Shown one piece after another: positions 13,262 to 22,360 of a stretch of DNA of 64,000 nucleotides (position 1 is its first letter; each line of letters begins with the position of its first letter). Under the pieces are notes generated by a model. It made no database searches. It was not told the origin of the DNA and was given only the letters and a program-made list of their open reading frames with translations. Source of the DNA: Hyphomicrobiales bacterium (lineage in GTDB: Bacteria; Pseudomonadota; Alphaproteobacteria; Rhizobiales; JAKPQE01); assembly GCA_041397845.1 (NCBI GenBank), contig JAWKVW010000006.1, forward strand, positions 6,061-70,060. The letters run 5' to 3'. A program made the position numbers and the translations under genes.

Positions 13262-14635
13262 ATGGCACGTGATACATCCGACTCGACGCCGATCGAAAGC
13301 CTTGCCCAGCTCGTGGAGCGGCTCGAATCCGGCAGCAAGCCGAGCGAGCGCTGGCGCATCGGCACCGAGCACGAGAAGTTCGGCTTCTACGTCGCCGACT
13401 GCTCGCCGGTGCCCTATGAGGGGCCGCGCGGCATCCGCAAGCTGCTCGAGGCGATGAACGGCATGCTCGGCTGGGAGCCGATCCTCGATCGCGGCCTCAT
13501 CATCGGCATGGTCGACCCGGTCGGCGGCGGCGCAATCTCGCTGGAGCCCGGCGGCCAGTTCGAGCTTTCCGGCGCGCCGCTGGAGACCATCCACCAGACC
13601 TGCGTCGAGACCTATTCCCATCTTTCGCAGGTGCGCGAGGCGGCCGAGCCGCTCGGCATCGGCTTTCTCGGGCTCGGCATGTCGCCGAAATGGTCGCTGG
13701 CGGAAACGCCGCGCATGCCCAAGAGCCGCTATGACATCATGTCGAACTACATGCCGAAGGTCGGCAGCAAGGGCCTCGACATGATGTTCCGGACGGCCAC
13801 CATCCAGGTGAACCTCGATTTCTCGAGCGAAGCCGACATGGTGCGCAAGCTGCGCGTCGGCGTGGCGCTGCAGCCGATCGCGACCGCGATCTTTGCCAAT
13901 TCGCCGTTCATGGACGGCAAGCCGAACGGCTTCCAGAGCTATCGCGCCGAGATCTGGCGGGACACCGATCCGCACCGGACCGGCATGATGCCGTTCGCCT
14001 TCGAGGACGGTTTCGGCTTCGAGCGCTATGTCGACTGGGCGCTCGACGTGCCGATGTATTTCGTCAAGCGCGGCGACGTCTACCACGACGTCACCGGCAC
14101 GACCTTCCGCCAGTTCCTCGGCGGGGCGCTGAAGGACCGGCTGCCGGGCGTCGTTCCCGACCTTGGCGACTTCGACAACCACATCTCGACGCTGTTCCCG
14201 GAAGTGCGCCTCAAGCGCTACATCGAGATGCGCGGCGCCGACGGCGGGCCGTGGCGGCGGATCACGGCGCTGCCGGCCTTCTGGGTCGGCCTGCTCTATG
14301 ACCAGACCTCGCTCGATGCCGCCTATGACGTCATCAAGGACTGGTCCGAGGAGGAGCGGCAGGGACTTCGCGACGACATCGGCGAGAAGGGCTTTGCCGC
14401 GACGATCGCCGGGCGCAGCGCGCTCGAGGTGGCCCGCGAGGTCGTCGCGATCTCGGCCGATGGCCTGCATCGGCGCAACCGGCGCAATCGCAATGGCGAG
14501 GACGAGACGCATTTCCTCGCGCCGGTCGAGGAGACGGTGGCGAGCGGCGTGACGCCGGCGCAGCGGCTCCTGCGCCAGTTCGCGACCGAATGGGGCGGCG
14601 ACATCGACAAGGTGTTCACCGCCCATGCCTTCTGA
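13262..14635 (+). CDS. gshA: Glutamate-cysteine ligase (plant/alphaproteobacterial GCS2 type)
   Basis: ORF 13226..14635 from ATG 13262: WRIGTEHEKFGF...ISLEPGGQFELSGAP...RTATIQVNLDF...FPEVRLKRYIEMRGADGGPW. Confidence 0.9.
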   Translation: MARDTSDSTPIESLAQLVERLESGSKPSERWRIGTEHEKFGFYVADCSPVPYEGPRGIRKLLEAMNGMLGWEPILDRGLIIGMVDPVGGGAISLEPGGQFELSGAPLETIHQTCVETYSHLSQVREAAEPLGIGFLGLGMSPKWSLAETPRMPKSRYDIMSNYMPKVGSKGLDMMFRTATIQVNLDFSSEADMVRKLRVGVALQPIATAIFANSPFMDGKPNGFQSYRAEIWRDTDPHRTGMMPFAFEDGFGFERYVDWALDVPMYFVKRGDVYHDVTGTTFRQFLGGALKDRLPGVVPDLGDFDNHISTLFPEVRLKRYIEMRGADGGPWRRITALPAFWVGLLYDQTSLDAAYDVIKDWSEEERQGLRDDIGEKGFAATIAGRSALEVAREVVAISADGLHRRNRRNRNGEDETHFLAPVEETVASGVTPAQRLLRQFATEWGGDIDKVFTAHAF

Positions 14636-15635
14636 CGCGGCAAGTCCGGAACCGGCCAGTTCAAGTCAGGCAAGTTCTGGCCAAGCAAGTTCTGGCCAGG
14701 CAGATCCTTCCCCGACAGGCGGAACATCGGTGCGGCCGGTCGCGCCGACGCTTTCGGCGTTCGACCTCGCGCTCTACGGGGCGACGCTGTTTGCCTGGAG
14801 CACGAGCTGGATCGCCCTCAAGATGCAGCTCGGCACGGTGACGCCGGTCGTCTCGGTGTTCTGGCGCTTTGTCATCGCGGCCTCGATCGTCTTCATCTGG
14901 GCGCGCCTTGCCGGCTACCGGCTGCGCTTTCCGCTCGCCGATCACCTGCGCTTCATGGCGCTTGGCGTGCTCATCTTCTCGACTAATTTCGTGCTCTTCT
15001 ACTATGGCGGACAGCACCTCGCCTCGGGCCTCCTGTCGGTGGTCTTCTCCCTCGCCTCGGTCATCAACATGCTGCTGGCGGCGTTGTTCCTCGGCCAGGC
15101 GCTGGAAGCGCGGGTGGCGCTCGGCGCGGCGATCGGCATTTCCGGCATCGCGCTCGTCTTCTGGCCGGAGATCGCCGGCACCGAGTTCAATCACGAGGCG
15201 CTGATCGGCCTTGCCTTCTGCGTTTCCGGCACGCTGTCGTTCTCGTTCGGCAACATGGTCTCGGCGGCGGGGCAGAAGCGCGGCCTGCCGGTCGTCTCGA
15301 CCAATGCCTGGGGCATGGCCTATGGCGCCCTGGCGCTCGGGCTTTTCGCGCTCGTTCGCGGCGACAGCTTCGCCATCGAATTCACGCCAAGCTATATCGG
15401 CTCGCTGCTGTGGCTGGCGGTCATCGCCTCGGTCATCGCCTTTGCCGCCTATCTGACGCTGCTCGGGCGGATCGGCTCGGGCCGGGCCGGCTATCTCACG
15501 GTCATGTTCCCGGTCATCGCGCTCGCCATCTCGACCTTCGCGGAAGGCTATCGCTGGACATTGCCGGCGATCGTCGGTCTCATGCTGGTGCTGGCCGGCA
15601 ATGTCGTCATTCTCACCCGCCGGCGCGCGAGGTGA
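14625..15635 (+). CDS. DMT/EamA-family transporter with a low-complexity N-terminal extension
   Basis: ORF 14625..15635 has 10 TM-like segments and two EamA halves. The first 35 codons overlap gshA by 11 nt and contain a 15-bp in-frame repeat. An alternative GTG start at 14730 is possible. Confidence 0.8.
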   Translation: MPSDAASPEPASSSQASSGQASSGQADPSPTGGTSVRPVAPTLSAFDLALYGATLFAWSTSWIALKMQLGTVTPVVSVFWRFVIAASIVFIWARLAGYRLRFPLADHLRFMALGVLIFSTNFVLFYYGGQHLASGLLSVVFSLASVINMLLAALFLGQALEARVALGAAIGISGIALVFWPEIAGTEFNHEALIGLAFCVSGTLSFSFGNMVSAAGQKRGLPVVSTNAWGMAYGALALGLFALVRGDSFAIEFTPSYIGSLLWLAVIASVIAFAAYLTLLGRIGSGRAGYLTVMFPVIALAISTFAEGYRWTLPAIVGLMLVLAGNVVILTRRRAR

Positions 15636-15640
15636 TTGCC

Positions 15641-16081
15641 ATGACGCCGCGTGATCCCGACTGGCAGAAGCGGACGCGCACCGTCTTCGAGGCGGCGCCA
15701 TTCATCCGCGACGTCGGCTATCAGCTCCTCAACCTCGAACCGGGCGCTGCCGTCTCCTCGCTCGTCATTGCCGGGCGGCACCTGCAGCAGGACGGTGTCG
15801 TCCATGCCGGCGTGCAGGCGACAATGGCCGATCACACCGCCGGTACGGCCGCGGCAACCCTGCTCGGGGCGGACGAAATCGTCCTCACCATCGAGTTCAA
15901 GGTCAACCTGATGACGGCGGCGCGCGGCGAGCGTCTCGTCTGCCGGGCCAGGGTGCTGAAGCCCGGCCGGCGCATCGTTGTCGCCGAGGCCGAGGTGTTC
16001 GCGGTTGCCGGCGGCACGGAAGCGCTGGTCTCGAAGGCGACGGTCACCCTCGCCTTCGTCCCCGCCACGAAACTCGGCTGA
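15641..16081 (+). CDS. PaaI-family (hotdog-fold) thioesterase
   Basis: ORF 15410..16081 from ATG 15641: FIRDVGYQLLNLEPGAAVSSL...LQQDGVVHAGVQATMADHTAG...TIEFKVNLM...GRRIVVAEAEVF. Confidence 0.8.
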   Translation: MTPRDPDWQKRTRTVFEAAPFIRDVGYQLLNLEPGAAVSSLVIAGRHLQQDGVVHAGVQATMADHTAGTAAATLLGADEIVLTIEFKVNLMTAARGERLVCRARVLKPGRRIVVAEAEVFAVAGGTEALVSKATVTLAFVPATKLG

Positions 16082-16185
16082 GACGTTCGGCCGCTTTTTC
16101 GCCCACAAGGCGGTGGTAAAATGACGCCCATTGCCAATGATGCGGGCTCCGGCGGGTCGCCGCCCGCGGCAACGAGGCGACGGAC

Positions 16186-16740
16186 ATGGACCGCACACTG
16201 GCGCGCGTCGGCGCGTTTCTCACGCTCGGCCTTGCCGGCATCGGCGCCGCCGAGGCGGGCTGGTCGACCAGCCTCAACCAGGGCGAAAACCCGGCCTATC
16301 ATTATGCGATCGCCGACGGTGGCACGAGCAACGCCAATATCGGCGCACTGGCGCTCGAATGCCATGTCGAGGGTCCCGGCCCGGTCTGGCAGCTCCAGCT
16401 TTATCCGGCTGAAGACGGACCGATCGGCCCGGCCGGCGTTGCCGCCGAGGATATCGACGCGCGCGGCGCCACCATCGAGATCAATGGCACGCGGATCGAC
16501 GTCGACCCGCTCGGCGCAGGCGATTTCCTCGCGCTCAGCGACATTGCGACGGACGGTTTTGCCGGGGTCTCGGACCGGCTCATCGGGGCGATCGCGTCCG
16601 GCAGCGGCGAGCTTGAAATCCGCCTCGACATGGCGCCGGACAGGTCCGGTGCGGCCTATGCCGGCTTTGAAAGCGCGGCCAGCTTCACGCTCGATGGCGC
16701 CGGGCCGGCGATCGCGGCGGTGAAGGCGGCCTGCCGCTGA
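16186..16740 (+). CDS. Hypothetical secreted protein
   Basis: ORF 16186..16740 with signal-peptide-like MDRTLARVGAFLTLGLAGIGAAEA. I do not recognise a family. Confidence 0.55.
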   Translation: MDRTLARVGAFLTLGLAGIGAAEAGWSTSLNQGENPAYHYAIADGGTSNANIGALALECHVEGPGPVWQLQLYPAEDGPIGPAGVAAEDIDARGATIEINGTRIDVDPLGAGDFLALSDIATDGFAGVSDRLIGAIASGSGELEIRLDMAPDRSGAAYAGFESAASFTLDGAGPAIAAVKAACR

Positions 16741-16764
16741 ACGGCGGGCAGCGCCGCAAACAGA

Positions 16765-16800
16765 AAACCCCGGCGCCCATGGACGCCGGGGTTGTTGTTG
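16765..16800. terminator. Bidirectional intrinsic terminator between convergent genes
   Basis: AAAACCCCGGCG-cccatgga-CGCCGGGGTTGTTGTTG. The stem is at 16768-16775 / 16784-16791, with an A-run before and a T-rich run after. Confidence 0.7.
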
Positions 16801-16816
16801 CCGGTCGCGTCAGCGC

Positions 16817-17917
16817 TCAGCCGAGCGCCTTGGCGCGCATCTGCAGCGCGGCCAGCTCGGAGACCTTGGCGTAGGAATTCGCCTCGGCCCGGTAAGCGAC
16901 GAAGCTGTCATAGACCTCCTTGGCGAGCGGGCTCGCACCAGCGATCTCGGCGAGGACGGCGTCGGCCTCCCTGGCGAGGGCGGCGACGATGTCGTCGTTG
17001 AAGGTCTTCATCTCGACGCCATCCTTCTCCAGCAGCGGCTTCAGCGACTGGATGTTGTGGAAGGTGAAGTCGGCGATCGACTGGGCGGCCGAGGCCATGG
17101 CGGCGTTGCGGATGATCGCCTTCAGGTCGTCCGGCAGGCCATCAAAGGCGGCCTTGTTGACGGTGACCTCGAGGCCGGCGCCGATCTCGTGGAAGGCCGG
17201 CATGTAGTAGTACTTGGCGACCTTGTAGAGACCGAAAGCCAGATCATTCCACGGACCGACCCACTCGGCGGCGTCGATGGTGCCGGCCTGCATGGCGGCG
17301 AAGATCTCGCCCGGCGGCAGCAGCACGACGTTGACGCCGAGACGGCGCATGACCTCGCCGCCGAGGCCGGCGATGCGCATCTTCAGGCCCTTCATGTCGT
17401 CGACGGAGTTGATTTCCTTGCGGAACCAGCCGCCGGCCTGCGGACCGGACGAGCCGGCATAGAACGGCACGACGCCGAACGGCTCGTAGGCCTTCTCCCA
17501 GAGTTCCTGGCCGCCGCCGAAATAGAGCCAGCCGGCATGCTCGTCGGCGGTGAGGCCGAAGGGAACGCCGGTAAAGAAGTGGAACGCCTTGTCCTTGCCC
17601 TGCCAGTAATAGGGCGTCGCATGGCTCATCTCGGCGGTGCCGGAGGACACGGCATCAAACACCTCGAAGGGCGGCACGAGCTCGCCGGCGGCATAGAGCT
17701 GCACCGTCAGGCGGCCGCCGGACATTGCCGTGATCATGTCGGCGACGCGCTGGGCATTGACGCCGACGCCGGGGGCGCCCTTCGGCCAGGAGGTCGCCAT
17801 CTTCCAGGTCATCGGCGTATCGGCGCGCACGATCGCCGGAGTGGCAAGGGCGCCGGCAAGACCGGCACCGGCAACACCAAGCGCCTTGCGGCGGCTGACA
17901 AGGTTTTCTTTCGTCAT
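16817..17917 (-). CDS. TRAP-transporter substrate-binding protein (DctP-like) with a Tat-type signal
   Basis: ORF 16817..18025(-) from Met at 17917: MTKENLVSRRKALGVAGAGLAGALATPAIVRA...WKMATSWPKGAPG...YYWQGKDKAFHFFTGVPFG...AEWVGPWNDLAFGLYKVAKYYY. No dctQ or dctM gene is adjacent. Confidence 0.8.
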   Translation of the reverse strand: MTKENLVSRRKALGVAGAGLAGALATPAIVRADTPMTWKMATSWPKGAPGVGVNAQRVADMITAMSGGRLTVQLYAAGELVPPFEVFDAVSSGTAEMSHATPYYWQGKDKAFHFFTGVPFGLTADEHAGWLYFGGGQELWEKAYEPFGVVPFYAGSSGPQAGGWFRKEINSVDDMKGLKMRIAGLGGEVMRRLGVNVVLLPPGEIFAAMQAGTIDAAEWVGPWNDLAFGLYKVAKYYYMPAFHEIGAGLEVTVNKAAFDGLPDDLKAIIRNAAMASAAQSIADFTFHNIQSLKPLLEKDGVEMKTFNDDIVAALAREADAVLAEIAGASPLAKEVYDSFVAYRAEANSYAKVSELAALQMRAKALG

Positions 17918-18049
17918 CACAAAATGCTCCTCGAATGGAGAGACGGGGATGTCGGCTCGGGAGTTTAGTCGAAACGCGGAAGGACGGGAGGGGGAAATTG
18001 CTGCGCCGCCCGCATCGACCGGCACGGCGCTGTCGCACCCTGTCCCGGT

Positions 18050-18637
18050 TCAGCGTTTCAGCGCCGGGCAGGGATTTATATCGCGGGCGGCATCGGCGAT
18101 GGCGCGGGCCTTTTCGTTCTGGCCGGCGACATTCCCGACCTCGCCGATCTGGCAGGCGTGGTCGGCGCCGATCTTCAAAATGTCGAGGCGATTGAGGTTC
18201 TGCGGCTGGCCGTCATCGCCAAAGAGGGTGTAGGTCGTGCGGTAGATGGCGGCGAAGGGCTGCCACTTGCCGCCGACCTTCTCGACGCGCCATTCGAGCG
18301 TCGTCACGCCCTTGTCGTCGGCGAAGATATCGCCGAAATGGCCGGTGCGGCCCATGTCGTAGTTCGGATCACCGGCCTCGTAGCGCCCTTCGGAGGCGGC
18401 CGGCTCGACGAGGACGGCAACGCCGTGCTCATGCAGGATGAAGACGAGATCCGGCCCGTTCTTCATGTCGCAGCGGCGCCATTGCTCGCGGTCGGTCTCC
18501 TCGGCAACCGGACACTCCTCGACGGAGAAACGCTCGTAGACGCTCGAGATCTCGGCGGCGGCGGCAGGACCGGCGGCGAGCGCGGCAAGGCCGATGAGAG
18601 CGGGAGCGAAAGCCGGGACAACCGACGGGCGATGCAT
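18050..18637 (-). CDS. Hypothetical secreted protein
   Basis: ORF 18050..18637(-) with signal peptide MHRPSVVPAFAPALIGLAALAAGPAAAAE. It has Cys residues near both ends. I do not recognise a family. Confidence 0.55.
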   Translation of the reverse strand: MHRPSVVPAFAPALIGLAALAAGPAAAAEISSVYERFSVEECPVAEETDREQWRRCDMKNGPDLVFILHEHGVAVLVEPAASEGRYEAGDPNYDMGRTGHFGDIFADDKGVTTLEWRVEKVGGKWQPFAAIYRTTYTLFGDDGQPQNLNRLDILKIGADHACQIGEVGNVAGQNEKARAIADAARDINPCPALKR

Positions 18638-18789
18638 GGGACCTCCTTTGGCGGACGACGCCGGGGCTCAGTCTAGACTGACCCTTGGGATGCGCGAGGG
18701 GAATTTCGCGGACGAATCCGGCAGCGCGGCGGCGCGCCAGCGGGAGTCCCGTCGCTGCCGTGGCTGTTCCATATCTGACTGAAGTTTAG

Positions 18790-18820
18790 ATGGATTCCCG
18801 CTTGCGCGGGAATGACGGAG
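18790..18820. repeat. REP-like palindromic element (type 1), upstream of mbfA
   Basis: GGATTCCCGC-ttgc-GCGGGAATGACGG, with the hairpin at 18794-18813. It gives the typical spurious peptides SFPRKRESI / VIPAQAGIH in the track ORFs. Confidence 0.75.
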
Positions 18821-18985
18821 GTCTGGAGGGCATTGCATGCCAAATCGAAGCTTCGGCAGCCCTCTCCCTGAGGGCGAGGGTCGGCGCCCTGCATTGGCAG
18901 CATCCGACCAATTCCGTTCCCTCCCTTGACATCCCTGCCCCGATCCTCAAGCCTTCGCCGGTTTGAACAAGGGGGCAGCGCAGCA

Positions 18986-19960
18986 ATGCTCGATTTCGGC
19001 ACCAAGCGTCGGTTTTCGGATCTCAGCGAACGGGAAGTGCTCGCGCTTGCCGTCTCGGCCGAGGAAGAAGACGGGCGCATCTATGCCCAGTTCGCCGACG
19101 CGGTCCGGACCGAATTTCCCGCGACCGCCAGCATGTTCGACGACATGGCGGCGGAGGAGAACGAGCACCGGCGCTGGCTCCTTGAGAAATTCACCGAGAA
19201 ATTCGGCACGCATCTGCCGCCGATGAAGCGCGAGGACGTCGCCGGCTTCATGCGGCGCAAGCCGTGGTGGGTGGTGCGGGCGCGCGGCGCCGAGGCGATG
19301 CGCCGGCATGCCGCCGACATGGAAGTCGAGGCGCAGCGCTTCTATCTGAAGGCGGCCGAGCGCAGCACCGACGTCGACATCCGCAAGCTGCTCGGCGACC
19401 TTGCCGAGGCCGAGCGCGACCACGAGCACAAGGCCGAGGCGCTCGAGGGCGAGCACCTGACGCCGAACGCGCGCAAGAGCGAGGACGACGCAGCGCACCG
19501 GCGCTTCCTGCTGCAGATCGTGCAGCCGGGCCTTGCCGGACTGATGGACGGGTCGGTGTCGACGCTGGCGCCGCTGTTCGCGGCGGCCTTTGCGACCCAC
19601 AACACCTGGGAGACCTTCCTCGTCGGCGTTGCCGCCTCGATCGGCGCGGGCATTTCCATGGGCTTTGCCGAGGCGCTGTCGGACGACGGCTCGCTGACCG
19701 GGCGCGGCTCGCCGTGGATTCGCGGCTTTGCCTCCGGCATCATGACGACTGTCGGCGGGCTCGGCCACGCCCTGCCCTATCTCATCCCCGATTTCATGAT
19801 GGCGACCTCGGTCGCCGTCGTCATCGTGCTGTTCGAGCTGTGGGCCATCGCCTTCATCCGCTGGAAATACATGGATACGCCGTTTCTCGCGGCGGCCTTC
19901 CAGATCGTCATCGGCGGCGCGCTGGTGTTCCTTGCCGGCATTCTCATCGGCAGCGCCTGA
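18986..19960 (+). CDS. mbfA: Membrane-bound ferritin-like/VIT1 fusion protein (MbfA-type iron exporter)
   Basis: ORF 18926..19960 from ATG 18986. The N-terminal erythrin/ferritin-like domain has EExH motifs (AAEENEHRRW, EAERDHEHKA). The C-terminal VIT1 membrane domain reads GLMDGSVSTLAPLFAAAF...GISMGFAEALSDDG. Confidence 0.85.
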   Translation: MLDFGTKRRFSDLSEREVLALAVSAEEEDGRIYAQFADAVRTEFPATASMFDDMAAEENEHRRWLLEKFTEKFGTHLPPMKREDVAGFMRRKPWWVVRARGAEAMRRHAADMEVEAQRFYLKAAERSTDVDIRKLLGDLAEAERDHEHKAEALEGEHLTPNARKSEDDAAHRRFLLQIVQPGLAGLMDGSVSTLAPLFAAAFATHNTWETFLVGVAASIGAGISMGFAEALSDDGSLTGRGSPWIRGFASGIMTTVGGLGHALPYLIPDFMMATSVAVVIVLFELWAIAFIRWKYMDTPFLAAAFQIVIGGALVFLAGILIGSA

Positions 19961-19992
19961 CCAGACAGCCGTCAGCACCGGTTTTGGCGTCG

Positions 19993-20020
19993 TGGATTCC
20001 CGCTGGCGCGGGAAGGACGG
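19993..20020. repeat. REP-like palindromic element (type 1), second copy, downstream of mbfA
   Basis: GGATTCCCGC-tggc-GCGGGAAGGACGG, with the hairpin at 19997-20014. It has the same orientation as the copy at 18790. Confidence 0.75.
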
Positions 20021-20102
20021 CAGAGGCCGTGCTTGAGCGCGGCGCGGCGCGACGCTCGTCGTCGCTGGCCGGCTGCGGGCGTCTCTGCGGCACGCCCTCA
20101 CA

Positions 20103-21407
20103 TCAGCGGTAAAGGTCAGCGCGGGTCGGCGGCAGGTTCGTCGGACCCTTGGGGTTCTTCGAAACGAGTGTCTGGTAGAGCCGGGCCGAGCCGCGGGTGA
20201 AGGCGAGCGAAACGCCGCCGAGATAGGCGACCCAGATGCGATAGGCTTCCTCGCCGACCTCGGCGACGGCCTTGTCGCGATTGGCGGTCAGGCGGCGGCA
20301 CCAGAGCTCCGTCGTCCGCTCGTAGTGCTGGCGCCAGCCCTCGACGTCCATCACCTCGAAGCCGTGGCGTTCCATCGCCTGTATGGTATGGCCGAGATCG
20401 TCGAGCTCGCCGCCGGGGAAGATGTATTTCTGCAGCATGCGCTGCTCCGGCCGGCTGGAAAAGCGGGTCTGGTGCTTCTTGGCCTTGCGCGAGATGGCGT
20501 GGTTGAGAAACAGGCCCTTGTCGGCGAGCAGGCGACGGACCGTGCCGAAATAGACATCGGTGTTGGCGATGCCGATTGCCTCCATCATGCCGATCGAGGA
20601 GATCTTGTCGAAGGTCTCGTCGAGGTGGGTGTAGTCCTTCAGCTCGATGGTGACACGATCCTCAAGGCCAAGGCGCTTCACCCTTGCCCGGGCGTATTCG
20701 TACTGCTCGGTGGACAGGGTGACGCCCCTGGCATTGACGCCAAAGTGCTCGGCGGCATGGCAGACGAGCGCGCCCCAGCCGCAGCCGATATCGAGGAAGC
20801 GGTCGCCTTCCTTGAGGCGCAGCTTGCGGCAGATCATCTCGAGCTTGTCGCGCTGGGCCTCGTCGATGGAGTTTTCCCAGTCGGTGAAATAGGCGCAGGT
20901 GTAGACCATGCGCTCGTCGAGGAAGAGCTCGTAGAAGGCATTCGACAGGTCGTAGTGAAACTCGATGAAGCGGCGGTCATCGTCTTTCGAGCGCCGCTTC
21001 GGCGTGCCGGTCTCGTCGCCGGCATAGGCGCGGCTCTCGCCGGCCGGAAGCGGCGGGGCAAAGAAGAAGGCACGGGCGAAGTCGAACAGCAGCTTCTTCG
21101 GCAGGCGCTTCAGGGCGGCGCGGCTGCGCATGAAAACCAGCGGACGGCCGAAATCGATGAGCGTGCCGCCCTCGAAATCGATCATGCCGCTGGCATAGTG
21201 ACGAAGGATGCGCTCAAGGCCGGGCCGGCGCAGGATGGATGTGACAACGCCCGGATGGCGGATCGCCACGACCAGCCCTTCGGTGACGTTCCGGCCCAGC
21301 GGCTCGAGCGAGCCGTCCCAGAGGCGCAGGGAAAACGGCAGGTCGATCGCCTCGCGCAGCGCCGCGATTACCCGGCGCGCCGTCGCCAGTTGTCTGTCGT
21401 CGGCCAT
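20103..21407 (-). CDS. Cyclopropane-fatty-acyl-phospholipid synthase family SAM-dependent methyltransferase
   Basis: ORF 20103..21407(-): HYDLSNAFYELFLDERMVYTCAYF...LDIGCGWGALVCHAAEHFG (SAM motif I)...FDKISSIGMMEAIG...YIFPGGELD. Confidence 0.85.
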   Translation of the reverse strand: MADDRQLATARRVIAALREAIDLPFSLRLWDGSLEPLGRNVTEGLVVAIRHPGVVTSILRRPGLERILRHYASGMIDFEGGTLIDFGRPLVFMRSRAALKRLPKKLLFDFARAFFFAPPLPAGESRAYAGDETGTPKRRSKDDDRRFIEFHYDLSNAFYELFLDERMVYTCAYFTDWENSIDEAQRDKLEMICRKLRLKEGDRFLDIGCGWGALVCHAAEHFGVNARGVTLSTEQYEYARARVKRLGLEDRVTIELKDYTHLDETFDKISSIGMMEAIGIANTDVYFGTVRRLLADKGLFLNHAISRKAKKHQTRFSSRPEQRMLQKYIFPGGELDDLGHTIQAMERHGFEVMDVEGWRQHYERTTELWCRRLTANRDKAVAEVGEEAYRIWVAYLGGVSLAFTRGSARLYQTLVSKNPKGPTNLPPTRADLYR

Positions 21408-21558
21408 CTCGTTCCCCTTCGCGCTTGCCCGTCCAGATCGGGCGGGAGTTTACACGACGGAGAAGACTTTCCAGCAGAAAGGGGCGCCATTCACTGCCGA
21501 AAAGATTGCCCCGGCGACCCGACACTTGCCGGGCCGCCGACAGCGCGGCCGACCTGGG

Positions 21559-22056
21559 CTAGTTGGCGCTGGTCAGCACCATGATGAGGCGCATCGGCTC
21601 GGTGCCGGCGCGGCCGGCGATCGCGGCCGGGGTCTCGTCGGCCGAGGTCACCTCGAAGCCGGCGTTCTTCAGGCTGGCGAGAACCTCGTCGGGCGTCTTG
21701 TCGAAGATCGGCGCAAGCTCGCTGATCGAGGCCTTTTCCATCGCACCGAAGATCTTGCCGACCGGGCTGCCGCCGCCGCCGACAGTCGCCCAGCCGAAGG
21801 CAACGGCGACGACCAGCGAGGCAACGAGCGGCATGTAGATCACCTTGTTGCGGAAATAGCCGAGGAAAGGCCGCCAGTTCTTGTAGACGTGGAAGGCGAC
21901 CGGCAGCAGCAGGACCATGCTCAGCCACTCGTGCATCTCCTTGAAGATGTCCTGCGCGGTGTGGAAAAACAGGAACACGCCGGAGACCGCCGAGACGGCG
22001 AACAGCGTGGTGGTGAAGGTCGTTGCGTATTTGGCAATCAGGCTCTTGAACATCAT
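21559..22056 (-). CDS. DUF4405-like small membrane protein
   Basis: ORF 21559..22212(-) from ATGATG at 22056: MMFKSLIAKYATTFTTTLFAVSAVSGVFLFFH...HEWLSMVLLLPVAFHVYKNWRPF. It has 3-4 TM segments. Confidence 0.6.
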   Translation of the reverse strand: MMFKSLIAKYATTFTTTLFAVSAVSGVFLFFHTAQDIFKEMHEWLSMVLLLPVAFHVYKNWRPFLGYFRNKVIYMPLVASLVVAVAFGWATVGGGGSPVGKIFGAMEKASISELAPIFDKTPDEVLASLKNAGFEVTSADETPAAIAGRAGTEPMRLIMVLTSAN

Positions 22057-22360
22057 GGCACCCTGGGAGTGTGGCTGGCCGGAGGCAGGCCCCCGGATCG
22101 GACCCGGGCCTCGCATCGGCCCGGTGGATTTGCACCACCAACAGGCGCCCGAGTGCGCCAAAAGCCAACTTACAAATTGTTCATGGTTGCCGTCCGGCTC
22201 CCCGAGATACACGGCAACTATTTGATTAGCCTATTCTTTGTCGCCTTCCATGCGGCCTTTCGGCAAAAAGGCCAAGGTGCGGCGGTTTCGGTCCGCAGCG
22301 CTGGCGGAGCCGGCAACCGGGCCCCATATCAGGAAGATGCCGCTTCTATCCGCTTCCGTC

